Source: Bigelowiella natans CCMP2755 (lineage: Eukaryota; Protista; Cercozoa). Taken from it: 60,721 nucleotides of DNA. A program made the translations under genes and the position numbers. The stretch spans positions 1-60,721 of the forward strand of contig ADNK01003181.1 in the NCBI GenBank assembly GCA_000320545.1, given 5' to 3'. This document shows positions 13,626 through 26,497 of the stretch, piece by piece. The notes beneath the pieces were generated by a model, which ran no database searches, was not told the DNA's origin, and saw only the letters and a program-made list of their open reading frames with translations. How positions within the stretch are numbered: position 1 is the first letter of the stretch; every line of letters begins with the position of its first letter.

Positions 13626-13916
13626 TCAGTCCTCACTAAAGCTAGTTCGAGGCACTGCGTTTCGTGCTTTGCAAGTGTCTTGCCACATTTTGGAAATGTA
13701 GTTCTCCATCACGTTTTTTTGTTTGTTTGTTTCATTTCTTTCTTTCTTGAAACATGCACTACATGCCTCCTCACTCTTCTTCCTCCTCCTCCTGGCTGTT
13801 TGCTGGGTCAATGAGTGTGAGTGCGACTTTGTTTGCAAGCTTTGAGCTTGCTTGCGCAAATGTGAACGAAGCGATTATTTCTTGAGAATCGGTTCATCCT
13901 CACACGGGGTGTCCAT
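13626..13916 (-). pseudogene. Decayed ORF fragment at the edge of TpA-depleted island 2
   Basis: ATG at about 13916 gives MDTPCEDEPILKK*SLRSHLRKQ...EEACSACFKKE...SED*, with in-frame stops and a charged composition. No family recognised. Confidence 0.3.
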
Positions 13917-14699
13917 CGCGGCCTCCACACACCTTGGGTGGCTTGAACACAACTAGCTAGCTAGCCAGCGGCTAGCTCTAGAGCTGCTCACGCGTGCATC
14001 AGATGTGTTGACATGCCTGTGATGATCCTTTCAGATTCATCCATGAAATCGTTTCGGTTCATTCGTGCATTCTTCAATTGACCTCACCAGCAAGAGCGTG
14101 CACGGCACTAGGGCACACACCAGCACAGCTAGACAGAGCCATGTGGCCAGAGAGTCCCAGCACAGTCAGACTGAAGCAGTCGTGTTGCAATGACGTGAGA
14201 CATGCAAGCGATGCAAGTGACACGATGGCGGTTGTGACTGGCTAGCTGGCCCGCGCGCACACACACATCTAGACATGAATGACCCATGCTAGCATGGCTT
14301 GTGGAACTAGACTGTGCGGCTTTTCCCGCATGCGGTGGCAGTCCCAACCAGCCAGAGCTAGAGAGCGCCGTTGGAAACTCAAAGTTTGCAAGTATTGAGT
14401 GGTGTGCTTTCGTTCAGCTGACATCAAATTCCAGATTTCTTTCCACGCTAGTGCGACGTCTACATTGGAACACTCTGCTAGCACTGGAACAGAACTAGAG
14501 AAAGTCGAGTTTCCAGGCATCTCTAGATTTGGGCATGCTAGCATGGCAGGCCAGTCCGATGCAATGTGAATCCATAGAATCTGTCTGGTCTGCGTTCCTG
14601 CTTTGTTGATTTGAAAGAAAGTGGACATGACCGACAAGCTGCACAGTGCACTTTTCGGAGCACACTAGCTAGCTAGCACACATTTTCATTTTGCATGTA

Positions 14700-15977
14700 T
14701 CAGTTGTCCTCATGTTTCTTCTTGTGTTTGCTTCGATGTTCTTCGAATTTGCTGAGCAGGTGTTCCAGCTTCTTTTGGTCTCTGTCCTTCTCGTCTCGAA
14801 GTTCCTCTCTGGTCAAGAAAGTCAGATTAAAACTGTCAAGAGGCAAGAGAAAGTATCTACATTTAAGGTGCGTATATAGTTAGGTATGTTGTCAAACTAT
14901 ATTGACTTTTTTACTTTTAACATGGAATTGTCGTAAACCTTATCCGCTCGAGAATGCGGCTATTCCATTGTATCCAGAAGGGAAACCCCACAGCTTTTAT
15001 AGCTCCCTTGGTCGACAACTGTAATACACGGTTTCATGAAGAATACACGATGGTTTTTTAGGGAGGCTTATTATGGTGTAGTAACCAGGACTTCTCGCAA
15101 CTTCTCGTTTTGCTTGAACTTGGCAATGTTTGCTTCGTACATCACGTCAACCTATCAAAATAAACAGTGGTAACTAACAAACACGGACAACTGAAAGATT
15201 TACATTATATGTATATTTTTCGTTATTCCTTCTATCCATCTCTCTTCACCTTTATCTCCTCCCAATTCGACACGATCTTGTATTTCCGACTTTGGCCCAG
15301 TTCCCAGCATTTCACACCGGATTTCTGATTCGCATAAGATTGATAGTGGGGGTGGGGGGGGGCGTATTACTATTGTACTGAAATCGTCAGAATTTGTTGT
15401 TGACACTGTCCATATAGTGAGTACGACCTCGCTTCGAATCTCTTCCACATATTTTTCATCCGTGAATTTCCTCGCTTGAAAATACTGCAAAGTCAGCATG
15501 AAGGGAGAAAGTCATAGACCACAATAGACGTTTTCGATGCTTAATTATACTGTGGCAATGGTGTACCTGCTCGCAGCTATACCATGTTTTACCTTTTTTA
15601 AGGAACGGAGGAAGAATAAGTTTACACACAAATTGAGGTCTGGTAGTATCGACACCTCCAATCTTCATCTCAGCGACGAGAAAGTTGTCCATCTAATCCA
15701 TACAACGTATAAGAACGCAATTGATATCTTCGCCAATGACACTTGATTGCTAATCTACTCGACCTCATCATAGGCTTTGCCATCGCAGTAGCATGGGCCG
15801 CCCATTCTCGGAACTGGCTTGAGAGAAGAAAGGGAAGGAAGGGTTTTGATAAAAATCACGACTGTAATCGTTGTCGCAGAATAAAATTCCCCCTCGTTTT
15901 TCATAATATATGGTGAGATCCGGTAGTATTCCTGCGACTCGTATTTCATTCCGCCCCTCCCTCCTCATCATCGCCAT
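14700..15977 (-). CDS. NADAR (YbiA-like) family protein
   Basis: Spliced: MAMMRREGRNEIR|PVPRMGGPCYCDGKAYDE|MDNFLVAEMKIG|GKTWYSCEQ|YFQARKFTDEKYVEEIRSE|KSGVKCWELGQSRKYKIVSNWEEIK|VDVMYEANIAKFKQNEKLREVL|LSTKGAIKAVGFPFWIQWNSRILERI|REELRD...EDN*. Matches NADAR motifs (S/D)NF, E-x-YFQA-x-KF, W-x3-K, AKF-x-QN, LLST, RxREEL. Alternative start at 15949. Confidence 0.85.
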
Positions 15978-15985
15978 AACACTAA

Positions 15986-17764
15986 ATGGATGACTCGAGA
16001 GCTGATAGCAACTGCGGGACGCCCCTCATCAATGATTTTACGAGAGGAACTTTGGGAAAGGAGGGAGGAGGCGCTAAAACGCGTGCAGAATCAATATTAG
16101 AGCCGGAGGAGAAGCAAGCCTCAACTGGTGAACCTGGGACGAAGAATAGCATTGTAGTAGGCTCTATCAGAAGTTCGTGTGAGCTTGCCATGTGATGATA
16201 ATCCATATCGATGGTCAGCCGAAAGGAAAGACTGTGTCGGCCGACCTGAAGAGAAAAAGGAAAGATGGTTTTGGACTAGAAGACGACGGGGTTCGAAGCC
16301 AGACCCCGGGGTCATCGAGTCTCTCCCTCGCATCCTCCTCATCATCCTTCCCGACTACGTTTGAAAGTTCTTCGAATGTAAATGTTGTCGAAGGAGATCT
16401 AGTAGCACCAAGGAAAGCAGTAAACGACGGGTAATACCGCATTCAAATGCATTTATGCACACTAAATCAAATTCAATTTCGACGTGCCATTTCATCACGT
16501 TTTCCACGCATGCTTTTTACATACATTCTATATGAATTTGAAATTTCAGGAAAGAGTTGATCGTACATCAGACTAATTGCATTACTCAGCGTGGTAAGGG
16601 ACTGGCAAAGGTTTACAAGAATACAGATATATAGCACCAACATGACAGTTTGAAATATTTATTTACACATCGTATTCACAGGTTATCTTCAGCCGGTATC
16701 CAAGTGCAAACTGTTACAAAAAACGGCGGAAGAGAGGGTAAAAGCAAACCCGAAGTGTACACCAAAGAGCACCAACAACCTTCGTCTGCCCTTTTGTGTG
16801 TCCTCCAGGGCAATGGCTGATATTCCTGGGACTATTCAACATGTCAAGTACGACAGAGAAATAAGAAGAAAAGAGGAAGGGCTAGAAAATAAAGAGATAC
16901 CAATAATTTCGATTGCTGTAAATTGGTGCTTATGTTTAGGTTTACGCCCGTTGTTAATCTTTTCGGCCAATTCAATCCGGGGAAACCTCGAAAGCGAGGC
17001 ACGGACACTAAACAGCTTCGGTATAACCTTGGTAGGTAGTTTTGGTAGTGGTGATGGCACTCAAGTCAATAACTGGGCTTTTCCTCTCATAGATTACGTT
17101 GCTGTTGCACACAACAAACACAGGGTTACTCATCAGCTTTCATTTTTCTTTGAATCGGATCAGACTCGAATACTTTCGATCGGGACTCGAAGCAACCCTG
17201 AATCTTCCTTTCAAACGGGTGTTGTTGTAAACAGCACACGAGCTAATCCTGCATGGTGTACGTACTACACACACACGTATTATCAGACCAGATATTCTTA
17301 AATGCCTTGGTTTCAGTAATAGTAGAAGTTGGAGAAGAAGGAACACAGTCCTATCCTCCATTCTAACCACACCTAGGTAAGCCTCCCATGGCAAATAGGA
17401 TGCGGTCTCGCTGGGGGATCGTGGCCGGAGTATCTCAAAATCATACACCAACTAGCCAAAGCACATCCTGAGAAGACCGTAAGTCGATGTCATTTTTTCA
17501 TTTACAGAATCAACAAGTCATGTGTATTGACTCTCTTGCTAGCTTAGTGCTACATTATCACTTCTACTACTGCTATAAATGTACATATGCTACTATCGTC
17601 GTTTACTTTTACTGCTAGGATACTCATGGATCTACGGATGTTCCACATGGTTAGCATACGTGTCGTTATTAATTGTTATTCATATAATTGCACATCAGAT
17701 CACGATCTTTAAGCTGCCAAGACACAAAATGAAAATGTTCAAGAAATCATTGAAGAGCCGCTGA
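15986..17764 (+). CDS. Macrodomain protein, Poa1p/TARG1(OARD1)/DarG-like class
   Basis: Not visible in the ORF track. Exons ..16430, 16550-16610, 16682-16737, 16809-16847, 16940-17020, 17164-17218, 17377-17478, 17699-17764 join in phase to NVVEGDL...IVHQTNCITQRGKGLAKVIFSRYP...DIPGTI...VVNLFGQFNPGKP...RLEYFRSGLE...VSLPWQIGCGLAGGSWPEYLKII...ITIFKL...SR*. Start is 15986 or 16195. Confidence 0.85.
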
Positions 17765-18511
17765 GCATTCCGCATGCACTAGTGCTACACTAGTACATGA
17801 AAAAGTGTGTGGAGTGGAGACAGACATCGAGACATCGACAACACTAGCACGATGTGAACCTCTACTAGTCTAGACCTCAAAGGCATGCTAGCATGCTAGC
17901 ATGCTAGCATGTCATTATCATTATCATCATTCTAGCATTATCATTACTAGATTACTAGATTAGTCTCAAATTACGTCGAAACATTATCGAATCATTATCT
18001 GGCCGGAAGGAGCTACATAGCTAGCTAGCTAGATCAAAGATAGGGGTTTGTATTTACGTATCATGCTAGCATGCATGCAATCTAACAAACACTAGAACAA
18101 TGTGTGCGCTCACATCCAGACATGATTTAAAGAGTATAAAAAATTGATGCATGAGCTGAGCATTTCTAGGTAGTCAAGATGTATTCATTGCACACGAGCA
18201 TGCTGCATGAATATCAAGCAATTTGACAGCCTAGAGTGTGACTTACATGTCTAGACGTACGGCGCCTAGCACAATATACGCTGCGGTACTACATTGCAAT
18301 GCAATTGGCCAAATATTCCTAGCATAGTCAGCACGCAGCGCATGTCTAGATGTGGTCCTTTGTACATACATGCGCATGTAGTCGATTCACAATAGCGGAA
18401 ACTAACTATGTACAATTATCTGATGGTGTAATTTCGCCTATTATGTTTCCACGCCGCACACGTGCGAGTTCTTCAGATCTAGGGATGGCAAAGCCAATGC
18501 AATAAAAAAAC

Positions 18512-20140
18512 CTACACATTTGTGGTGGATCCTTTCTCCAAGACAGCAGATTTCTTCTCCGCGTCAAGGTTTTGCAGCGGTACGCCATTCGATCCTGTAG
18601 CCTTCCCGTGCTCTGATTCATCAAGACCCTTTTCTTCCTCCTCCTCAGAGACGCGAAGCAAACCAGCATACTTCAAGGGGAAAAAGATGAGCGAACTTGT
18701 GAAACTCACCCAACCAGCGATGACAATGACCGCAATGAATTGATTTCGAAATTGATTTCCATCAATTACTGCGTCGTTTTCGAATCCATATGTTCTCGCA
18801 ATGTTTGACCTTGTTGCGAAAATGCCATTGGAGAGTACACCCCATGCACCACACACGCCATGAATTGGGAATGCATCCAGAGGATCATCAATTCCCATTT
18901 TTTTGATTCCATACGAAGCCCCGATGTAAACGAAAGCTCCGAGAAATCCGATCATCATGGAGGCCCATGGCTCTACAGTAGCGCAGGGAGCAGTAATGGA
19001 TACCAACCCAGCGAGGACACCATTGAGGCAAAAAGTCAGATCAAAAAATCCCTTCACAATGCGAGAATACACCATGCATGTGATTGCCCCCATAGCAGCA
19101 GCAATGGTAGTTGTGACACAGACTTTGGCAGCGAGGTTAATGTACGTTCCATCTCCAGATCCTGCCCCGAGGGTCGAACCAGCATTGAAACCATACCAAC
19201 CCATCCAGAGGATAATCACACCCAAGGCTGCGAGTAGATCTGACGATCCCTTCAGTTTGTATTCGTTCTCAGGATCATTAAAGTACCTCCTAGGGCCGAT
19301 TGCAATGGCTCCAATCAATCCCGCGAACCCTCCTGTCATGTGGACGACTCCAGATCCTGCAAAATCGAGAACGCCATTCTCCTTCAGGTAGCGGTTTCCA
19401 TCGCCATCTACATAAAACGCTGACATCCAGCCAGTACTAGACCAGACCCAATGAGCCACAACAGGGTAGATGAAGGTTGTAAGAGCGATTGTGTATACAA
19501 AGTAGGCTTCAAGGCGGCATCTCTCAGCAACACAACCCGACACAATGGTTGCCGCAGCTCCAGCAAATGCCCACTGGAAGAAGAATGAGTGATAATCTGT
19601 GTCGTTATTGTAATTTTGCAAGGCCCAGTTGCCAGCTCCGATGAATCTATTGTCCATCCCAGGAGATTGGTATATGTACCTCTCGGTACCAAAGGCAAAA
19701 GAATATCCCAATAACCAATATGTGATGGCAGCAAGAGAGGCGTCCATGAGGTTCTTAAAAAGGATGTTGTTAGTGTTCTTAGCTCGAACAGATCCAGCCT
19801 CCAGCATAGCGAAGCCAGCCTGCATCCCTATACATGAACAAAGTAACATAATGTCTGTTATCAAGACGTCACTAGAAGGTCAATTCGGCACGATTTCGAC
19901 GTTGTTGCGTAGATAAGATGTGCATGCTTAAAGAGTGTCGGTCGACTTACAGAAAACGAGGATCCCAGCAACCAAAACCCACATGACATCGGTGACTGTG
20001 ACCAGAATGTCAATTTGAGCGGAGGTTGCAAGTGGCGTCGAATCTCCCATGGTTACACTGTCCACATTGTTCAAACAAATTTGTTGATTGAATCCATTAT
20101 CTGTCCCGGCTGTGGTTGAGCCCCAGAAGCAGGTGGTCAT
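18512..20140 (-). CDS. AMT: Ammonium transporter (AMT1-type), 2 exons
   Basis: WMQAGFAMLEAGSVRAKN, FFFQWAF, AERC, YPVVAHWVW, DFAGSGVVH, WYGFNAGS, DDPLDAFPIHG. Intron about 19829-19948. Confidence 0.97.
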
Positions 20141-20632
20141 GGCTGCGAGCTTTGTGTGGCAAGTGGGTACAATCTGTTGGTGTACAATCTGTTCGATTTG
20201 TTGGGATTGCGCATTTATTAGGGCTGCGCAAACGTGTTGGCTGATTTTTATGATAGTGCTGCTGGCTCTTCCTTAACGCTTTCAGCAAGATTATCCTGTG
20301 TTCAACTCGTCAGACCTCAATATTTTCAAGCCGCATCAACCAAGTGGACAAAAAAAACAGGATTTCAGAAAAGCCAGTAGAGCTTTTCGCAAACACGTAT
20401 CTTTCGGGAAAAAGCAAGAATCTCTTTACACTGTGGCCACTAAAAGAAGCTTTGCACTGTGGCCGCAACCATGAACGAGCTTGCTGCCACCTACTTTAAG
20501 AACGACGTTCGTCAAACCCACGGGTATTTTTAAGAGCGACAACAAGAAACAATTGTCGTAGAAAGATAATTTCAAACATCTGGTATTGGAAAAAAGTCTC
20601 GAAGGTCAAAAATGTCAAAAGCATTTTTCAGA

Positions 20633-20703
20633 TGCGCCGACCGGGAATCGAACCCGGGACACCTCGTTGGCAACGAGATATTTTACCACTAAACCATCGG
20701 CGC
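20633..20703 (-). tRNA. tRNA-Gly (GCC)
   Basis: GCGCCGA/TCGGCGC acceptor stem, TAGTGGTA D-loop, anticodon loop TTGCCAA, GTTCGATTC T-loop, downstream T-run. Confidence 0.95.
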
Positions 20704-20752
20704 AGATTATTTCGGTAGAAATACGAGGCGAAGTATTGACTCACATATTATT

Positions 20753-21796
20753 ATGAGAGAAATAGGCGGATTAGGAGGTACGACAAAGGAAAGACACGGC
20801 TTTACGGATCGGAACACTTCGGACAGACATTGCAAGAACCGAGAGGGGGGGGCCAGGGAGGATTAGACGATTGCGATAAGAGAATGGCAACAACGATTCA
20901 CGCTAGCTCAACATGAACGTGACGACAAGGTTGGGGTCGTGATGGATGAGGCTTTCTGAAAGCGATACTGAGTCCGCTCTCACCATTATTCATGTTCTTC
21001 GCACGTCGGCGGTGAAACTGGCTGTTCTCATCTTCGTAACCGCGACGTTAGCTTCCTGCTTGGTGTTTGATAGATGGCACACTGAGGTATCGATTATTGC
21101 CCAAAGCAGTGGTTCCAATTTGAGGGGCTTGCTGCTGCTCATGCTGCTGCTGCTGCTGCTACCTCGTATTGATATCTCGCATTGGTTTGTACTTCCAATC
21201 GCTGTAGAAGCTACTCTCTGGGGGAAAGCGGCAGAATGCACCTTCGGTTTCCCGTAAGAGAAGAAGAAGAAACAAGAATCTTGTTGGATATAGTCGTCTC
21301 CCACTTCGAGGAGGTACATGAGAAATTTGAAACCAACCGATGTACTGCTACTACTACTACTACTACTACTACTACTATACGATGAGTTGAACTTGTGCAG
21401 ATCACCATTAACACATGTGAAGATTATGTAGTGGCAGGATCAAGAATTAGCAGCGAAGGCCTACACATGAGACACTATGTGATAAGATATGATTTATATT
21501 CTTCAGGGGATGACGACCCAGACCTTGATGCTTTCTCCAATAATCAAGCTTTAGGCAGCAAGAAAGAGGATGAAGATAATAGTTGGACAGACAACCCAAG
21601 AGGACAACAGCAACAACGCCGTCAACAGACTCGATCTCTCCGCCCACGAGAAGAAAACGTTAAAATAGAAACATGTAATAAGAATTCAAAGAATTTGAAC
21701 AAATCTCCATCTTCTTATCTCCTATCCGATCGTTCACTCCCCAAGGATCACTTCTACCTCCTCACAGAACTTTCTATCAAAAACCTAAAAAGCTAG
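20753..21796 (+). CDS. Hypothetical multi-exon protein
   Basis: Short GT-AG-bounded segments and a terminal open frame (21398-21796, ITINTCEDY...IKNLKS*). No recognisable domain; structure uncertain. Confidence 0.35.
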
Positions 21797-23585
21797 TGAG
21801 CAATCAAACAAATAGCGCATATATTCATGCGGCAGCTGCAAAGTGACGGATAAATACTAGGTGTACAACGTGGGGCGAGAATATGGAAAAAAGTCAAACG
21901 TCGAGTGGACAAAGACAGCGAAAGAAACAAAAGGGTAGTGAAAGAATAATACCAAATAACTCGAAGCTAATCGTTCTGAAAGCTTCCAGTCTTAGTTCGT
22001 ACGCTTGGTGGAGATGATAAATTTAGTAATATCATTCCTTACACTCATTCCTTACACTAATGAAAACTATTAGACCAAGCTGGATGTTCAAACATACAAG
22101 CTCATCAGAGAAGCAAAGGTTACATGAAAAGACTATTCACTATGATATAATTGTATAAATCAATAAGTTATGCATTGTTGCAACGATCAATCCGTCTCGC
22201 TTTCTCCTTGTAGCTTTTATGCATCACCTGTTACTCATTTGCATTATGCAATGATTACTCATCTTTTTAAACACTGGGCTTCTACACGAAAACTTATCGA
22301 TAAATGTATCATTTCACCAAACAAGCGGTCTCGGGACGACGTTCCATACAACATATGACTGACTGATCGCTATACCACTACTTTCATATTAATTTTAGTT
22401 GCGCCAAAAATTATCCCGACCTGTGTTCAAATATCGTCCAGATCTCAATATGAGGGTTATAATATAAGCATGTTGCGCCGTCGTGGTGACCACGTTTCTG
22501 ACTGAGCGTGGGAGCGATGCTGCTGCTGATGATATCTTTTTTGACAATTATTTGATCAGTTTTGACATGCATACGTGCTATGTATGCACAGTGTCGCAAC
22601 AAAATACATGTGCCCTACACATAAATCTCATACATGGACACTGCAAAAATATACATGAGCTATAGAAGGCAGTGGGAATTGGCTTGCGTGTTTTTTACCC
22701 GTAGCTTTATCTTCAGGTGGAAGTTGATAATCCCTACACTCTGGAGACTTGAGAAGAGCTCGAAGTCTTGCTCTCTTACGATAAGCCAGAGCTGCTTTTT
22801 CATTATTTTTCCTACAACACTCAGCACCCAAATTTCCTGCGTGCGTACGCGCATACGATCATAAAATCATCTGCAATCTGAGAATCGACTTTCTTAGCAC
22901 TGCGCGTTGCTCTGAAATTATGTCACGGTGTTTATTATTCACACGCGACTACGTCATAGAAACGTGTCCTCGTCCACGCACATGGGTATGTGCTTGAGTA
23001 GAACTAAACGACCTGCGACTGAGCCCCTAGATATGTGCTCGAGTTGCCATTGCTGTACACCAAAACACTCTGTGCACAACAAGCGCATGCAGTACACGTG
23101 TATACGGTCTGCGCTTTCATTATTACAACCGCCATGCATGCCGATTCGTGCTGCATCAGCATCTAACAAGTAGTTGTTACTCACTCGCAGCCGGCAGCGC
23201 CGATGAGTTTAGCCATTTGTAACAAAAGACAAAGACCATTTAATTAATGAGAAGATGGCCGAGGCCCAATCTGATTTATGCATGCATGCGCATTGTTTAT
23301 CAGCATGGCCAACAATTGAAGTGTGTTACAGGATCACCACCCGCTAACAACCACAATATTATGAATGGTATATTAAGATGAAAGTGAGTGAGTATTCTCA
23401 ACTCTACAGCGAACTGGAATCTATTGAGGGCGATATATTGACCCAAGCAAAGTGGCTGGCAGCAGAAGAACTGTAGCAGAAATATGACAAAAGCTAGAAA
23501 AGAGTCCCAAAGACTGACAATCGAAATTGACTCGATCATCCGCAGGCGCCTCGCAATTCATTTGGCATTTTGGCGAGAGAAGCTT

Positions 23586-25889
23586 TCAACTTGCAGTTAA
23601 TTTGGAAGATGGATATCGCAAATCTAACCCAGATGCTGTGTAGATGTCATCAATGACTCTCATTCCCTATGATACAAACAAAGAAAATGTAATGATAGTA
23701 TAAAGCCTCACATTGCACACTTAACATAACACATTAACAATGATTCTTACTAATTCGACGGCGAGTTTGCTAACGAATACTACCTCAACAGCTTGGGTTG
23801 CCGTTGGAAGAAGTATGGATGATGACGATGATGATGATAATGATGATGATGATGATGATGAGAATGGCGACGATGATGATGAAGGGCATTTAGCACTTGG
23901 ATCATCCAGCGTGACTACCAAAAAACGCACAAAACAAGGAGGTATTCTTTTCCATCACATGTGAATAAGAACATCAGATGCTGGGAGCACATTACCTGAC
24001 ATTCCTCTGGTTGCTTTAACAAAGTTCGCCAGTTGATAATGGTATCTAAGCACAGCCATTGTTATCATCAACATCATCATTAGAATTCATACTTGAAAAC
24101 GTCATCGTCGTCGTCGTCGTTGTTGTCGTTATTACGTGGAAAATCCATCTCCATACTGAGATTCCTGCGCAATTACGTTCCTGCTCACACCATATCAAAA
24201 GAACATAGTGAGGCTGGAGAAAGCTCAATGATTGTAATATAGCAAATCTCAAAAACTAGCACTATCCACAACTGCTACAACCACCCCAATCGTCGCATTC
24301 CTGGCGTTCAATAAGCTGTAGCGCTATCAGTTGTGTTACTATATCCTCTACCTTTTCTTCGTTTCTTTTGCTGCAGGACTCAAGTTATCAGCTACTCCAG
24401 ATTCGTAAGTTATCCTAAAGAGGGGTGTATCAGTCATTTCCTAATATGGCCTGAATTGTCCATCATCGTCAAATCCTCTTTACATATACACAGCTACTGC
24501 TAATATGAAGATCATGCTTGTATTCAATATAGTAATTTCACGTTCTCTCCTGTTTTTGCATGGGCTTTATTTTTGTTATATTATGACTTTGATATATAAT
24601 AAGTACACTCTTCAAACTGTTACCTGTGGTTGAAGTGAGGAGTAAGGAAGTTCTCACACCTGATACTAGTACCGTCCTCAGCGATGATATTAATGTCCAC
24701 AGTGCCTAGAAAACGACATTATCGGTGATGATGAGAATGATGATGATGATGATGAGGATGATGATGGTAATAAATTATCAAGTCGGTTTCTTCATTAAAT
24801 TATTATTTTTCGTGTCCATCGTAAAGGCAGTACTACTCGAAGATCCCCAGTATGATGAGCCCCAAGGGCCGAAGAAGGAGCATTCAATAGAAACCTTGTA
24901 GAAGGCGCAGAGATTGGAAAACATGAAAGAAAAAGAGGAAGAGGATGACGACGACGACGTAAAGGAAGAAAGCTCTTTTAAGCTCTCCAATTACATCGTT
25001 TCAGTGATAACGCAATTTAAAAGATATGTAACCCCCCTACCTCAACTCAACTGCCTACCTTATCAATCCCCGGAACTCGTAGTTCCGCCTGCATCGACGT
25101 GTCTATCTGCGGATCAAGACCGCGCTGTGTTGTAGCTGAGGCACTAATAACCTGTTGTTTTTGCTATTATTACTTCATTTATAACTATAGTAAGTAGCAC
25201 CTACTACCTCAGGACGGGAGTCTCCGGAAAGATATCGTACAATATCAACACAATAGCACCCTAAATCCATCATTGCGCCTCCTGCGAGACCGAGTTAGTA
25301 GAAAACGTGTCGTTAATTCTCTTACCGCTGGAAGGAGCTAATCGTCACTTTGCTAAAAGCTACAGCACCATACCCAATTACCGTGCTATTCTCTATCATT
25401 TATGACCATTCTTCAAAAGAGGTCTGTGACTTTAAACGCGCGCTATGATCTTAAGCTTCACGCCGAACTAGCTTAAACATACTACATCGAAGCAATTCAC
25501 CTCTATAAATCCTACCCCCCCGCACCCCCCCCCTTCCGCCCGCTTTCCTTTATGATTCTATCTAAAGCACGAGTCTTGCTTTGATATTACCAGCTAATGC
25601 ATACTGAAATCTAAAAGATTAAAAGCAAAGAAGGAATAGTTGAAGAATCCAAGACAAAACCAATAAAAAAGAGAAGAATGATCATATTTGCGCGAATACT
25701 GCCTTTAAGGATCAGTATAACAGCACAATAAAGTTTCCCTCTCATGCCTACGAATATATTCTATTTACCACTAATACGAGAAGAAAAACGCGATAACCTG
25801 ATTTCTTCCGTCTTACTTGCGAACGTGTAAGATGGCGGTGGGACCTAATTACACCATCCATAATATGTAGCTGCTATGATTGATCTTCC

Positions 25890-25924
<35 letters not shown>

Positions 25925-26465
25925 ACTTCCACACGTGCAGAGCCATTTAGCATACCAGAAAACGTGCCTTAAGCGCTTTCACACCGCCAGGGGGTGATGA
26001 TGCTGTCGTAGTCCTCGTCGTTGTGAGTCGGTTGCATATGCCCTTCAACCTTGAAGCTACTGGATGGTGTCTGAGATATAAAGATGAGGGATGATGACAA
26101 GAAGTTGATCATAAGCACAAAGGACAACATTAGATAACTATTAAGCGCAATGCCATCACCGGCACTTCTCTACTACTACTGCTACTACGACTACTACTAC
26201 TACCTCCAATGCATTGCTTCCCAACAGACGAGGGGGGGGGTAGCGGAGTGGAGGGACGAAGACATTTTTTCAAGAGACTGCGCTATTGATTCAGCCTGCA
26301 AGTTGTGATCAAAAGGATGGTTAGTTAATGTTGATGGTGGTCCAAGAACTCGACATGAAACAATGATGTTATCGAGGTGAATAAAGCGCTTTTCGAATTT
26401 TGAAATCACGTTATAAATCTTACATTGGCTGTGCACACGATATTTGCTATCTGCATGCTCTCACC

Positions 26466-26497
<32 letters not shown>

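Noticed and set aside
16798-17301. 167-aa ORF as a stand-alone gene
   Set aside because: It is a read-through across macrodomain exons and introns; the spliced model recovers the family motifs.
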